DNA of 64,000 nt from an uncultured Gemmatimonadales bacterium (GTDB taxonomy: Bacteria > Gemmatimonadota > Gemmatimonadetes > Longimicrobiales > Longimicrobiaceae): positions 736,001 through 800,000 of the forward strand of contig OY970303.1 of assembly GCA_963716255.1 (NCBI GenBank), given 5' to 3'. Under the pieces are notes generated by a model. The model was given only the letters and a program-made list of their open reading frames with translations. It did not search any database and had not been told where the DNA came from. Position 1 is the first letter of the stretch. Every line of letters starts with the position of its first letter. The position numbers were made by a program, and so were the translations under genes. Shown piece after piece: positions 28,045 to 37,812 of this stretch.

Positions 28045-28220
28045 TGCAGACGAAGTGCGTGAGTACGAAAGTTCGGTTCATCCGCTGCACGCGCAGCGTG
28101 CCGCGTCACGACGAGTACGAAGTACGCAGTACGGAACCGTGGAGTTCCGTGTCGTGCTCCCCCTCTCCCGCTTGCGGGGGAGGGGGCCGTTGCAGTTCCC
28201 GCCGTACCCCCCGAATCCGC

Positions 28221-28351
28221 TGCGGAGGGAGACCCGCCGGCTGTTTGGCGGGGCTCCCGCAGCCGGAGCGGAGACAGCGGGGCCGTTTCCGCTGGCTCCG
28301 CGACCCGCGCAGGAGACGGACGGCAGTATCGTCCGGCTCCGGAGCGGCCCC
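28221..28351 (-). repeat. Family-2 element, three hairpin modules
   Basis: Minus-strand loops ATACTGC, AAACGGCC and AAACAGCC; starts about 20 bp after the DinG stop. Confidence 0.92.
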
Positions 28352-28372
28352 AGAGCAAGATCTATCGAAAGC

Positions 28373-30928
28373 TCACCCCGCTCGAAGCGCTTCCTGGCGA
28401 CCCCGGTAAAAACGCACCATCTCCTCGCGCACTTCCTTCCACGGGGCCATGCGCACCGGCACCTCCGGGAGCGACTCCAGAAAATAGCGGCCGTAGCTCT
28501 TCCTGGCGATGCGTCCGTCCAGCACCATCACCACCCCGTGGTCCTCGCGCGAGCGGATCAGCCGCCCGAACCCCTGCTTCATGCGGATGGCGGCGTTGGG
28601 CAGCATGTAGCTCATGAACGAGTTCCCCCCCGCCTGCTCGATGGCCTCGATGCGCGCCGCCGTCACCGGCTCCGTGGGCACCTTGAAGGGCAGCTTGGGG
28701 ATGACCAGCCCCCGCAGCGGGTGCCCGGGGACGTCCACCCCCTCCCAGAACGAGGTGGTCCCCAGCAGGATCCCCCGCCCGGACGCGGCGAAGCGCTCCA
28801 CCAGCTGCCCACGCGCCGCCTCGCCGTGCACGAACAGCGGCCACTCCAGGTCCATCTTTCGCTTCCGCAGCTCCCCGGCCACGTGGCGCAGCGCGCGGTA
28901 CGAGGTGAAGAGCACGAAAAGCCCGCCGTCCGAGATGCGGGCGTGCTCGATGACGGCGCGCACGGTGGCCTCGTCGTGCCGCGGGTCGGAGTCGCCGGCG
29001 GGGACGGGCAGGTCGGTGGGCACCACGAACAGCGCCTGCTCCCGGTAGTCGAAGGGCGACGGGTACACCGCCTCCTCCACCCGCAGCTCGCCCTCCGCCT
29101 CGCCCTCGCGCGGCGCCCACAGCCCCAGCCGGTTGCGCACGAAGCGGAAGTTGCCCTGCGTGGCCAGCGTGGCCGAGGTGAGCACCACGCTGGGGACCTT
29201 CTCGAACAGGCTCTCGCGCAGCACGCTGGACAGGTCCAGCGGCGCGGCGGACAGCGTCAGGTTGCCCTCGCGGCCGTCGCGCTCGGGCTGGCGCTCCATC
29301 CAGCGCACCATCCTGAGCCCGTCGTCGGGCGGGCGGAGCGCGGCCCGCAGGGCGTCGGCGGCGGCCTCCACCCGGTTGGCGGCGCCGCGCAGCTCCATGA
29401 GCTGCGGCTCCAGCATCTCGCGCAGCGCCTCGTCCAATCCCACCCGCTCGCGCAGCAGCTCCATGCCCCGCAGCAGCGAGTCCATGTTCTCCAGCAGGCC
29501 CACGAGCGCGTCCTCCAGCCCGAGCACCCACACCGGGTGCCGGGGGAAGTCGTCGTGCAGGCGCACCATCATGGCGCCCGCCTCCTTGAACACGTCCTCC
29601 AGGAAGGAGAACACCGTCGCCGCGCGCTCGCGGGCGCCGTCCAGCGCGGGGAGCAGCCGCTCGCCGATGTGGTCCAGGGCGCCGCGCGCCAGCAGGTCGT
29701 CCGGGCGCAGCCGCAGCGCCTCCGCGAAGGCGGGGAGGAGTCCCTTCTTGCGGTTCTCCAGGCGCGCCAGGGTGCGGAAAAGGCCGCGCCGCGAGACGGT
29801 CGCGCCCAGGTGGCTGGTGGCGGACTCCTCCAGGTTGTGGGCCTCGTCCAGCACCAGCCGCTTGTACTGGGGGAGCACCGCGGGGGCGGTCCAGTTCCCC
29901 TGCATGCGCCGCACGGCCAGGTCCGAGAAGAGCAGGTGGTGGTTGACCACCACCACGTCGGCGGAGGAAGCGTCGCGGCGGGCGCGCTGGTAGAAGCACT
30001 CCTCGAAGTGGGGGCACTTGGCCCGCAGGCACACGTCCGATTCGGACGACACCTCGTCCCACACCTCGCCCGAGGGGCGGAAGGACAGGTCGGAGAGCGA
30101 GCCGTCCTGCGTCTTCTTGAGCCACTCCACGATGGACGACAGCTCGGCCTGCTTCTGCGCGTCGAAGAGCGCGGGCGCGGTTTCCCGGGCCAGCAGCGCG
30201 CGGCGGATGGAAACGTAGTTGCGGCGGCCCTTGACCAGCGCGAAGCGGAAGGGCTCCCCCAGCGCGCGGCGCAGGAAGGGGAGGTCCTTCTCGACCAGCT
30301 GCTCCTGGAGGTTGATGGTGTTGGTGGAGACCACCGTGCGCTCGCGGTTCTGGAGCGCCCAGCGGATGGCCGGGAGGAGGTATGCCACCGACTTGCCGGT
30401 CCCCGTCCCCGCCTCCGCGATCCCCACCCCGCCCTCGTTGTAGACGCCGGCGATCATCCGCGACAGGTCGCGCTGCTGCGGGCGGTCCTCGTAGCGCGGG
30501 TGCCGCCCGGCGATGGGGCCGCCCGGCCCCAGGTCGGCGTCGATGCGGTCCAGGTCCAGCGGCTCCGCGCGGTCCTCGTCCGGCGGCTCCACCACCACGT
30601 ACAGCTCGGAGGCCGCGTTGTCGGTGATGGCGAAGCCCAGCCCCTGCTCCCAGAGCTGGGCCGCCACGGCCAGGTCCGCCTCCGAGGGCTCCAGGCGGCC
30701 GGAGGGGTGGTTGTGGATGAGCAGCCCACCCGGCTCCGGGCTGCGCACCGCGGCCAGAACCGCCGAGGCATGGCCGCGCGCCACCACCCGCGGCTCGGAC
30801 ACCTCGCCGTCCTCGCCCACGCGCGCGAGGAAGCACACCTCGTTGCCGCGCGCCCGCAAGATCTCGCGGCGCAGCAGCTCCGAGGCTTCCAGGGTGAGGT
30901 ACAGGTCCTGGCGGGTGGACGGTGGCAT
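28373..30928 (-). CDS. DinG-family helicase with N-terminal JAB/MPN (RadC-like) domain
   Basis: N-terminal GNEV...HNHPSG...PSEAD; EAGTGTGKS, DEAH, TSATL, LFTSY, SFWEGVDV and QGFGRLIR. Confidence 0.92.
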   Translation of the reverse strand: MPPSTRQDLYLTLEASELLRREILRARGNEVCFLARVGEDGEVSEPRVVARGHASAVLAAVRSPEPGGLLIHNHPSGRLEPSEADLAVAAQLWEQGLGFAITDNAASELYVVVEPPDEDRAEPLDLDRIDADLGPGGPIAGRHPRYEDRPQQRDLSRMIAGVYNEGGVGIAEAGTGTGKSVAYLLPAIRWALQNRERTVVSTNTINLQEQLVEKDLPFLRRALGEPFRFALVKGRRNYVSIRRALLARETAPALFDAQKQAELSSIVEWLKKTQDGSLSDLSFRPSGEVWDEVSSESDVCLRAKCPHFEECFYQRARRDASSADVVVVNHHLLFSDLAVRRMQGNWTAPAVLPQYKRLVLDEAHNLEESATSHLGATVSRRGLFRTLARLENRKKGLLPAFAEALRLRPDDLLARGALDHIGERLLPALDGARERAATVFSFLEDVFKEAGAMMVRLHDDFPRHPVWVLGLEDALVGLLENMDSLLRGMELLRERVGLDEALREMLEPQLMELRGAANRVEAAADALRAALRPPDDGLRMVRWMERQPERDGREGNLTLSAAPLDLSSVLRESLFEKVPSVVLTSATLATQGNFRFVRNRLGLWAPREGEAEGELRVEEAVYPSPFDYREQALFVVPTDLPVPAGDSDPRHDEATVRAVIEHARISDGGLFVLFTSYRALRHVAGELRKRKMDLEWPLFVHGEAARGQLVERFAASGRGILLGTTSFWEGVDVPGHPLRGLVIPKLPFKVPTEPVTAARIEAIEQAGGNSFMSYMLPNAAIRMKQGFGRLIRSREDHGVVMVLDGRIARKSYGRYFLESLPEVPVRMAPWKEVREEMVRFYRGRQEALRAG

Positions 30929-31436
30929 GCCCTCGGTACCGCGTGGCGGCGCGGCGGTTCCCCGCCCCGCCGGGCCGCCGCGGGCGGGAAAGTTCACGCC
31001 CGGGTGAGGCACGGAAGGGACACTCCTGGTGCACGCGTGCGGCACCCGGGTGGGGCACGCCAGGATCACCGCACCCCGCACGGGTCCCCGCAAGCACAAA
31101 CGTTTGTTGAATTTGGTGGTCGTGCGCGGGCGCGGCGCCGAGCCCCCTCCGGCGCGGCATGGGGCCTGCCTGGGAGGCTCAGCGAGTCCACGAACCGGCG
31201 TCCACTCCCGCCCGAAGGGAACTCTGGACGCTGCCGACCCCTACACATATATTCGGACAGGTAACGTAAAATGCCATGACGCGAGCCCCGGTTTCCGTCC
31301 GCAGCGCCGCCCGTATGAGCGGCCCGGCGGCCCGCCGGCACCGGCCGGGAAATAGACGATCCGCACCATCCACGAAGCGCACGGCCGACGCACCGCGGCA
31401 CGCGCACCGTCAGAACACCACGGAAACAACCGTACG

Positions 31437-32579
31437 ATGAACGTCAGCAAGGAAAACGCCCTGCGGGCGGTGCTCAGGGCGGCGCTGGAGGGCCGCGAGG
31501 ACGAGGCGCGCTTCCTCCTGGGGGGCGTGGTCGCCGACCGCCCCGAGGCCGGATCCGACCCCGAGGGGCTCCAGGACTACATCTTCGCGTCGGCGCTGTC
31601 GCGGCGGCTGGACCCCGCCCGCTCCGCCGAGATCAACCTGTACCTGCAGCAGTTCGAGCTCCAGCAGATCTCGCTCTTCAACCTGCTCGCCGAGCACCTC
31701 CCCAGCGTCCGCCTGTCGGTGGAGGTCGCCAACGAGATCCTGGCCGGCTTCCTGGCCGGGTGGGACGAGGTGGCGCTGCTGGACCTGGGGATCGGCACCG
31801 GGCGGCAGGAGGCGGCCGTGCTCCGCGACCTGGCCGCGCGCGGCCAGCTCCCCCGCCGGCTCACCGTGTTCGCGGTGGAGCCGGACGCCGCCAGCCTGCG
31901 CACGGCGGAGGCGGCGCTGCGCGGCGTCGCGGACGAGCTGGGCGTGGAGCTGGAGTTCCACGGGCTGAACCTGATCGCCGAGGAGCTGCGGGACGAGCAC
32001 TGGGCGCTCTTCGGCTCGGCGCGCGGGCCGCTGGTGATGCACGCCGCCTTCGCCGCGCACCACATCCTGGACCGCGGCAACGGCTACTGCGCCCGCACCG
32101 AATTTTTCCGGAGGCTGCGGCAGCTGGGTCCCCTGGCGGTGGTGCTCTGCGAGCCCAGCTCGGACCACCACACCCACCTGCTGGGCGAGCGCTTCGAGAA
32201 CTGCTGGCGCCACTTCGGCCTCACCTTCGACCTTGTGGACCGCGCGGGGCTCCCGCCGCGCGAGGCGGCAGCCATCAAGATGTTCTTCGCCCGCGAGATC
32301 CAGGACATCCTGGGGAACGCCGAGGAAACGCGCTGCGAAAGGCACGAGAGCGCGTCCGCGTGGGTGGACCGGCTGCGGCGCGCCGGCTTCGTCCCGTACG
32401 GCGACTTCGTCCTTTCCGACCGCATCCGCCACGACGTGGTGGCGGTGAAGCCGCGCGAGGGGTACGTGGGACTGGACTACTCCGGCGAGACGCTGGTGGC
32501 GGTGATCTGCGCCACCTCCGGCGACGCGGCCGCCCAGGCCCGCCTGCACCACCCCACCCGGGTGCTCCAGGTGGCCTGA
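31437..32579 (+). CDS. Bacterial GRAS-domain protein
   Basis: Collinear matches to plant GRAS motifs: VALLDLGIGTGRQ (VHIID), LGVELEF, RLRQLGPLAVVLCE, RFENCWRHF (PFYRE), REIQDILG and RCERHE...W..RLRRAGF (SAW region). Confidence 0.85.
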   Translation: MNVSKENALRAVLRAALEGREDEARFLLGGVVADRPEAGSDPEGLQDYIFASALSRRLDPARSAEINLYLQQFELQQISLFNLLAEHLPSVRLSVEVANEILAGFLAGWDEVALLDLGIGTGRQEAAVLRDLAARGQLPRRLTVFAVEPDAASLRTAEAALRGVADELGVELEFHGLNLIAEELRDEHWALFGSARGPLVMHAAFAAHHILDRGNGYCARTEFFRRLRQLGPLAVVLCEPSSDHHTHLLGERFENCWRHFGLTFDLVDRAGLPPREAAAIKMFFAREIQDILGNAEETRCERHESASAWVDRLRRAGFVPYGDFVLSDRIRHDVVAVKPREGYVGLDYSGETLVAVICATSGDAAAQARLHHPTRVLQVA

Positions 32580-32689
32580 CGCCCGCCCGGGGGCGCACGC
32601 GGAGCGGGGGCGGGGGATCCGGACCGGATCTCCCGCCCCCGCTTCGCTTTCCGGCCGTTTTCCACACCGCGGCCCCTCCGCCGCGAGGC

Positions 32690-32718
32690 TTGCACGCACC
32701 CCGGACGGCGCGTAGACT
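32690..32718 (+). promoter_or_regulatory. Sigma70-like promoter
   Basis: TTGCAC-N17-TAGACT upstream of ATG 32843. Confidence 0.45.
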
Positions 32719-32842
32719 ATACGCTCCTTGCCGGCCGATGCCGCGCCCGGCGGCGCGGCCGCTCATCCCCGCCGCGCCCGGTGCCGACACTTCCCCGTTG
32801 CAGCGCCCTCTCCGCGTTCAACCCATCTTCCTCCGAGAGCCC

Positions 32843-33373
32843 ATGAACGCCCGTCCCTATCCGCCCAGCTTCCAGGTGAGCGGCGGCAACATCCTTTCCA
32901 TGCTCAGCGCCATGGGCCCGTTCCGCAAGCGCGGCGAGCAGCTCCTGTCCGAGCAGGGGATCGAGAACGTGTCGGCGGAGGCGTGGTACCCGCTGGAGGG
33001 GTACGTCCGGGCGCTGGAAACCATCGGCGAGAAGATGGGGCCCAACACTCTCTTCCAGATCGGCAAGCAGATCCCCGACCACATCATGCTCCCGCCGGGG
33101 CTGGACACGTTCGAGAAGATCGCGGCGTCCTTCGGCATGGCGTTCGACATGAACCACCGCGGGCACCCGGGAAAGATCACCTACCAGATGACGGACGACC
33201 ACTCGGTCACCATCGTAACGGGGACGCCCTACCCCACCGACTTCGACCGCGGGGTGACGCAGGGGTTCTTCCACAAGCTGATCTCGGCGCGGGTGAACGT
33301 GGTGGAGGCGACGTCGCAGCCGAGCAAGCGCGACGGTGCGGAGACGTCCACGTTCCTGGTGTCGATGCTTTAG
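32843..33373 (+). CDS. Hypothetical protein, probable V4R/HNOB-like small-ligand-binding fold, 176 aa
   Basis: ATG 32843; WYP...IG...PYPTDFDRG pattern; good codon bias. Fold assignment is inference. Confidence 0.7.
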   Translation: MNARPYPPSFQVSGGNILSMLSAMGPFRKRGEQLLSEQGIENVSAEAWYPLEGYVRALETIGEKMGPNTLFQIGKQIPDHIMLPPGLDTFEKIAASFGMAFDMNHRGHPGKITYQMTDDHSVTIVTGTPYPTDFDRGVTQGFFHKLISARVNVVEATSQPSKRDGAETSTFLVSML

Positions 33374-33383
33374 ATCTGTCTGG

Positions 33384-33513
33384 GGGGCCGCTCCGGAGCC
33401 GGACGATACTGCCGTCCGTCTCCTGCGCGGGCTGCGGGAGCCAGCCGAAACTGCCCGGCTGTCTCCCTTCGCACGGAGGGAACCCCGCCAAACAACCGGC
33501 GGGTTTCCCTCCG
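33384..33513 (+). repeat. Family-2 element, three hairpin modules
   Basis: Loops ATACTGC, AAACTGCC and AAACAACC; starts about 10 bp after the stop at 33373. Confidence 0.92.
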
Positions 33514-33647
33514 TTCACGTATTTGGGTTCGGCTCCGTGTCGGCCGCTGGATCCCGCTACCGGATCGGGCGCTGGAGCAGCCTATGATTCTACGACACGG
33601 GGCGGGGCCGGCGAGGCCGGCCCTGCCCGCGGTCCTGCTCCGCAACT

Positions 33648-35450
33648 CTACCCGCAGACGCGGTTCCGGCCTGCATGCTTGGCCTCGTACAGCCTGGCGT
33701 CCGCCCCGCGGACCAGGGCCTCGGCGCTTCCACCGGAGCCGCAGACGCCCATGCTGAGCGTGACCCGCAGCTCCGGGTGGAGCGTGGCCCAGTCGCTGGC
33801 CTCCACGGCGGCGCGGATGCGCTCGCACAGGCCCCGGGCCTGCTCCGGCGGCGTCCGCGGGAGCAGAAGCAGGAACTCCTCCCCGCCATACCGTCCCACG
33901 ACGTCGATCGTCCGGCACGACGCGCGAAGGATCCGGGCGACCCGGCGCAGCACGTCGTCCCCCGAGGCGTGGGAGAACCGGTCGTTGATGCTCTTGAAGT
34001 GGTCGATGTCCGCGATGACCACGGTGAGGTCCTCCCCGAAGCGGCTCGCGCGCTCCCACTCCACCGCCAGGCACTCGTCGGTCCAGCGGCGGTTCGCCAG
34101 GCCGGTAAGCCCGTCCTCGCGGCTCTGGCGCTCCAGCTCCGCGGCCTGCAGCCGCAGCTGTTCCAGCAGCGAGGCCTTTTCCCTGTCCGCCGCGCGCAGG
34201 GCGTCGTTGGCGGCGGTCAGCTCGTCGTTCATGGTGCGGAGCAGCTCGGCCTCGCGCTGCGAACGCTCCACCTCCGCCTGGACCAGCAGTGTCTGGATTC
34301 GCCGCTCGGTCTCGGCGTTGCGCGTCTCCTCCCGGACCTCGTAGTGGCTCTTGAGGTGGTGGAGCGCCCTGGCGGCGTCCCCACACACCTCGTGCGCCCG
34401 GGAAAGGACCACGTGCGCTTCGCACACCACCCCGCGCGCCCTGATCTCTTCCCCGATGGCCAGCGCTTCCCCGAGCGCCTCCCGCGCCCTTTCCGGCTCC
34501 GCCAGCAGAAGGAACAGCTCCCCCATGGTCGTCCGGGTGACCGCTTCGAGATACCGGGAACCGGTCGCCAGCGTCGCCTCGATGGCGGCGCTGCACGACT
34601 CCAGCGCCGCGTCCCGCTCTCCACGGCGCCCGTGCAGCAGCCCCAGTTCGCCGAACGCCCGTGCTTCGGCATGGCGGTCGCCGACGTCCTGGGCGACCGC
34701 CAACGCCTCGTGGAACCGCCGCAGGGCGTGTTCATGCTCGCCCAGTCTGCTGTGCGACACGCCCATGTTGAGCAGGGATACCGCTTCGTTGTTCAGGTCC
34801 CCGACCTCGCGCGCAAGGGCGAGCGCCCGCCCGTGGAACTCCAGCGCGCGCCGGAAGTCGGCGAGCTCGCCGTGGATGTTGCCGATGTTGACGACCGATT
34901 GGGCGACCCGCACGCGGTCCCCCGTTTCCTCGGCGAGGCGCAGGGCCGCCTGGTAGGCTTCCAGCGCCCGGGCGAACTCGCCGATGGCGAAGTGTACGTT
35001 GCCGATGCCGATCATGGTCGCGGCCTCTCCGGTGCGGTCGCCGGCCGACCGCTGCAGCCCGAGCGCCGCGAAGTGCGAAGCCAGCGACGCCGGAAAGTCG
35101 CTGCGGCGATGATGGACGTTTCCGGTCCAGTTCAGCGCGCTGGCCGACCCGGCGGGCTCCCCGATCTCGCCGAAGATCTCCATGGCACGCCCCAGGTCCG
35201 CCAGCGCCAGTTCGAAGTCCAGGAGAAGGCAGCGGCACGCCCCGGAGTTGCGCAGCGCGTACGCGGCGCCCACGCGGTAGCCTGCTCGATTCGCAAGCTC
35301 CAGCGCCTGGCGGGCGAACCACAGCGCGGAGGTCGGGTCCGTATGCCGCGTCTCCCACGCGCGCTCGTTCAGCGCATCGATGCGCGCCTTTCCGTCCGGC
35401 TCGCCACCTGCGCCGGGAAAACGAGGGGTGGCCGAGGTCGTATCGGTCAA
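33648..35450 (-). CDS. TPR-repeat diguanylate cyclase
   Basis: Multiple TPR repeats; DGLTGLANRR, DIDHFKSIND, RxxD I-site (RTID) and GGEEF. Confidence 0.93.
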   Translation of the reverse strand: MTDTTSATPRFPGAGGEPDGKARIDALNERAWETRHTDPTSALWFARQALELANRAGYRVGAAYALRNSGACRCLLLDFELALADLGRAMEIFGEIGEPAGSASALNWTGNVHHRRSDFPASLASHFAALGLQRSAGDRTGEAATMIGIGNVHFAIGEFARALEAYQAALRLAEETGDRVRVAQSVVNIGNIHGELADFRRALEFHGRALALAREVGDLNNEAVSLLNMGVSHSRLGEHEHALRRFHEALAVAQDVGDRHAEARAFGELGLLHGRRGERDAALESCSAAIEATLATGSRYLEAVTRTTMGELFLLLAEPERAREALGEALAIGEEIRARGVVCEAHVVLSRAHEVCGDAARALHHLKSHYEVREETRNAETERRIQTLLVQAEVERSQREAELLRTMNDELTAANDALRAADREKASLLEQLRLQAAELERQSREDGLTGLANRRWTDECLAVEWERASRFGEDLTVVIADIDHFKSINDRFSHASGDDVLRRVARILRASCRTIDVVGRYGGEEFLLLLPRTPPEQARGLCERIRAAVEASDWATLHPELRVTLSMGVCGSGGSAEALVRGADARLYEAKHAGRNRVCG

Positions 35451-35549
35451 CGGAAGCTCCCTGAAAGGATTTAGGCGGAGAAGGAGCGGCGGGGTGCCGG
35501 CTAGGAGCCGGCGGGCGCACAGGACCCGGCACCGGCTGACGCCCGCGCC

Positions 35550-35789
35550 TCAGCCGATCTCTTTCGCCGGGTCGGACTCGGCGAGGGCCTGGCGGAGGGC
35601 GGGCTCGTCGTCGGTCGCCACGGCGTCGGCGAACAGGAAGCCCACACGCACCGGCTCGTCCGGGTCCTCGGGGCAGCGGAAGCGCGCGGCGAAGATCCCC
35701 AGCTCGGTGGGGGCGGGGTGCCCGTACTGGATCTCCACCAGCCAGCCCCGGCCGCGCTCGTCCTGGAAGATCGCCCTGTCCTTTTGCAT
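35550..35789 (-). CDS. Small hypothetical protein, 79 aa
   Basis: MQKDRAIFQDERGRGWLVEIQYG...; high-GC3 codon usage. Confidence 0.6.
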   Translation of the reverse strand: MQKDRAIFQDERGRGWLVEIQYGHPAPTELGIFAARFRCPEDPDEPVRVGFLFADAVATDDEPALRQALAESDPAKEIG

Positions 35790-35940
35790 CGCTCGCCCGT
35801 AGCATCGGTGTGTGCGCCGCTCCCCGGCGGGCGGCCGGCGGGATGATAACACCCCGCGGCGGCGCGCGGTACACCCGCGGCACGCTCCTCGCCACGCGGC
35901 GGGCGGGCGGTGCGTGGCGACGATCACCCGGGCGGAGAAC

Positions 35941-36348
35941 ATGAGCGAGAACGCGGGAACGCGCGAGCGGCTGGAAGCCGCGGCGGAGGGGCTTCTCTTC
36001 ATCAGCGAGACGGAGTCGCCCTTCGAGTACGAGGAGCTTCCCGGCGATGCGCCGGAGGAGCTGACCGCCGACGCGGTGCGGGCGGCGCTCGGAGAGCCGG
36101 AGGAGACCCCCGCCGCGGAGCTGTCGCTGGACCGCTTCCTGTCGGGCCACATCGAGGAGGCCGACCCCGCCGACCCGGTCGCGCAGGAGAGCGTCGGGCG
36201 CTTCCGGGCGCTCAAGCAGGCGCTCGCGGAATCGCTTGCCGACGTGAAGGTCTTTCGCGTGGGCGACGTGCAGGTGTGCTACCACGCACTCGGCCGCACG
36301 CCCGACGGCAGGGTCGCGGGGCTGTCCGCCTCCGCGCTGGAGACCTGA
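35941..36348 (+). CDS. nuiA: Nuclease A inhibitor (NuiA-like)
   Basis: GLLFISETESPF, VKVFRVG and C-terminal GL...ET match the NuiA pattern; lies directly upstream of a NucA-type nuclease. Confidence 0.8.
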   Translation: MSENAGTRERLEAAAEGLLFISETESPFEYEELPGDAPEELTADAVRAALGEPEETPAAELSLDRFLSGHIEEADPADPVAQESVGRFRALKQALAESLADVKVFRVGDVQVCYHALGRTPDGRVAGLSASALET

Positions 36349-36384
36349 GCCCACATGGCCCCCGAACCGCAACCCGTCGCGCGA

Positions 36385-37776
36385 ATGAGATCCCGTTTGA
36401 TTCCAGCGCTCGCCCTCGCCGCCGCGCTGGCGGCCGCCTCCGGCGGGAACGTCCCCCGGCTTCGCGCGGCCACCGTGGAGCCCGGCATCGACGCACCCGG
36501 CGCGGCGCAGGGACGGGCGCGCATCGTCATCAGCGAGGTGCTGGCGGACCCGGGCGCCGTCGCGGACGAGCAGGGCGAGTGGATCGAGCTGTACAACGCA
36601 GGCGACGCCCCGGCGGAGCTGCGCGGCTGGCGGCTGGCCTCGCGCGGCGACGCGGGGCATACCATCGGACACTCGCTGGTGGTGCAGCCGGGGGCGGCGG
36701 TGGTGCTGGCGCGCTCCACCGCCCAGACCCGCAACGGCGGCGTCGGCGCGGACCACTCCTACGGAACGGACCTGTCGCTCGCCAACTCCGCCGACTGGCT
36801 GGTGCTGCGCGACACCCGGGGTGCGACGGTGGACTCGGTGGCGTGGAGCTCGCCTCCGCGCCGGGGCGCCTCGTGGGCGCTGCGGACGCTGGACGGGGCG
36901 CACGCGGAGGCCGGCGGTCCGGCGTGGACCGTGTCGGAGGCCAGCTTCGGGCGGGGGGACCGGGGGACGCCCGGGCGGGTGGAGGGGCTGGAGGGCCCGG
37001 CACTCGCGCCGGACACCGTCACTGCGGGCCCGGTCTACCGGAGCCACGTGGAGTTCGGCACGCCGCGCGACCAAAATCCGGCGGACGACTACCTGCTGGA
37101 GAAGCGGCAGTACGTGCTCTCGTACAACCCGCGGCTGAACGTGGCCAACTGGGTGTCGTGGAACCTGAACCGCACGCACTTCGGCGACGAGCCGCGGGCC
37201 CCGGCGTTCATGGCGGACTCGGCGCTCCCGGCGCGCTTCACGCGCGTGGTCGCCTCGGACTACACGGGGAGCGGCTACTCGCGCGGGCACATGGTGCGCA
37301 GCGAGGAGCGCACGGCCACGCCGGAGGACAACGCTTCCACCTTCCTGCTCACCAACGTCCTCCCGCAGACGCAGGACCTGAACGCGGGGCCGTGGCTGGG
37401 GCTGGAGCGCTACCTCCAGGAGCAGGCGCAGCGTGAGGGGCGGGAGATCTTCGTCGTGGCGGGCGGGGTCTTCCCGGCGCAGCCGCAGACGCTCAGGGGG
37501 CGCGGCAAGGTAGCGATCCCCACGAGCACCTGGAAGATCGCGGTGCTGCTTCCATACGGGCGGGGGCTCGCGGACGTGAAGTCCGCCCGCGACCTGCGCA
37601 TCATCGCGGTGAACATGCCCAACGTGAACGGCATCGCGACCCGGCCGTGGCGCGAGTACCTGACCACCGTGGATGCGCTGGAGCAGGCGACGGGGTACGA
37701 CTTCCTCGACCAGCTGCCGGACGAGATCGAGGCGGAGGTGGAGCGGGCGCCAGCGCGGACACCTGGACGACCTTGA
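36385..37776 (+). CDS. Secreted DNA/RNA non-specific endonuclease (NucA-like) with lamin-tail domain
   Basis: Signal peptide; LTD (ISEVLADP...EWIELYN); ANWVSW, YSRGHM active site, TNVLPQ, NAGPW and TGYDF. Confidence 0.92.
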   Translation: MRSRLIPALALAAALAAASGGNVPRLRAATVEPGIDAPGAAQGRARIVISEVLADPGAVADEQGEWIELYNAGDAPAELRGWRLASRGDAGHTIGHSLVVQPGAAVVLARSTAQTRNGGVGADHSYGTDLSLANSADWLVLRDTRGATVDSVAWSSPPRRGASWALRTLDGAHAEAGGPAWTVSEASFGRGDRGTPGRVEGLEGPALAPDTVTAGPVYRSHVEFGTPRDQNPADDYLLEKRQYVLSYNPRLNVANWVSWNLNRTHFGDEPRAPAFMADSALPARFTRVVASDYTGSGYSRGHMVRSEERTATPEDNASTFLLTNVLPQTQDLNAGPWLGLERYLQEQAQREGREIFVVAGGVFPAQPQTLRGRGKVAIPTSTWKIAVLLPYGRGLADVKSARDLRIIAVNMPNVNGIATRPWREYLTTVDALEQATGYDFLDQLPDEIEAEVERAPARTPGRP

Positions 37777-37812
37777 CTCGGACACGCGCGATGCGCATCA
37801 GGAGAACCGGCC

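Noticed and set aside
28373..30928. DinG as part of a type IV CRISPR or other defence system
   Set aside because: No cas or defence genes adjacent; it heads a housekeeping run (FAH, lspA, aminotransferase).
31160..31245. Possible riboswitch or ncRNA in the long dinG-GRAS intergenic region
   Set aside because: Stems can be drawn (GCGTCCA/TGGACGC), but it is single copy, has no recognisable riboswitch consensus, and such pairing is common at this GC level.
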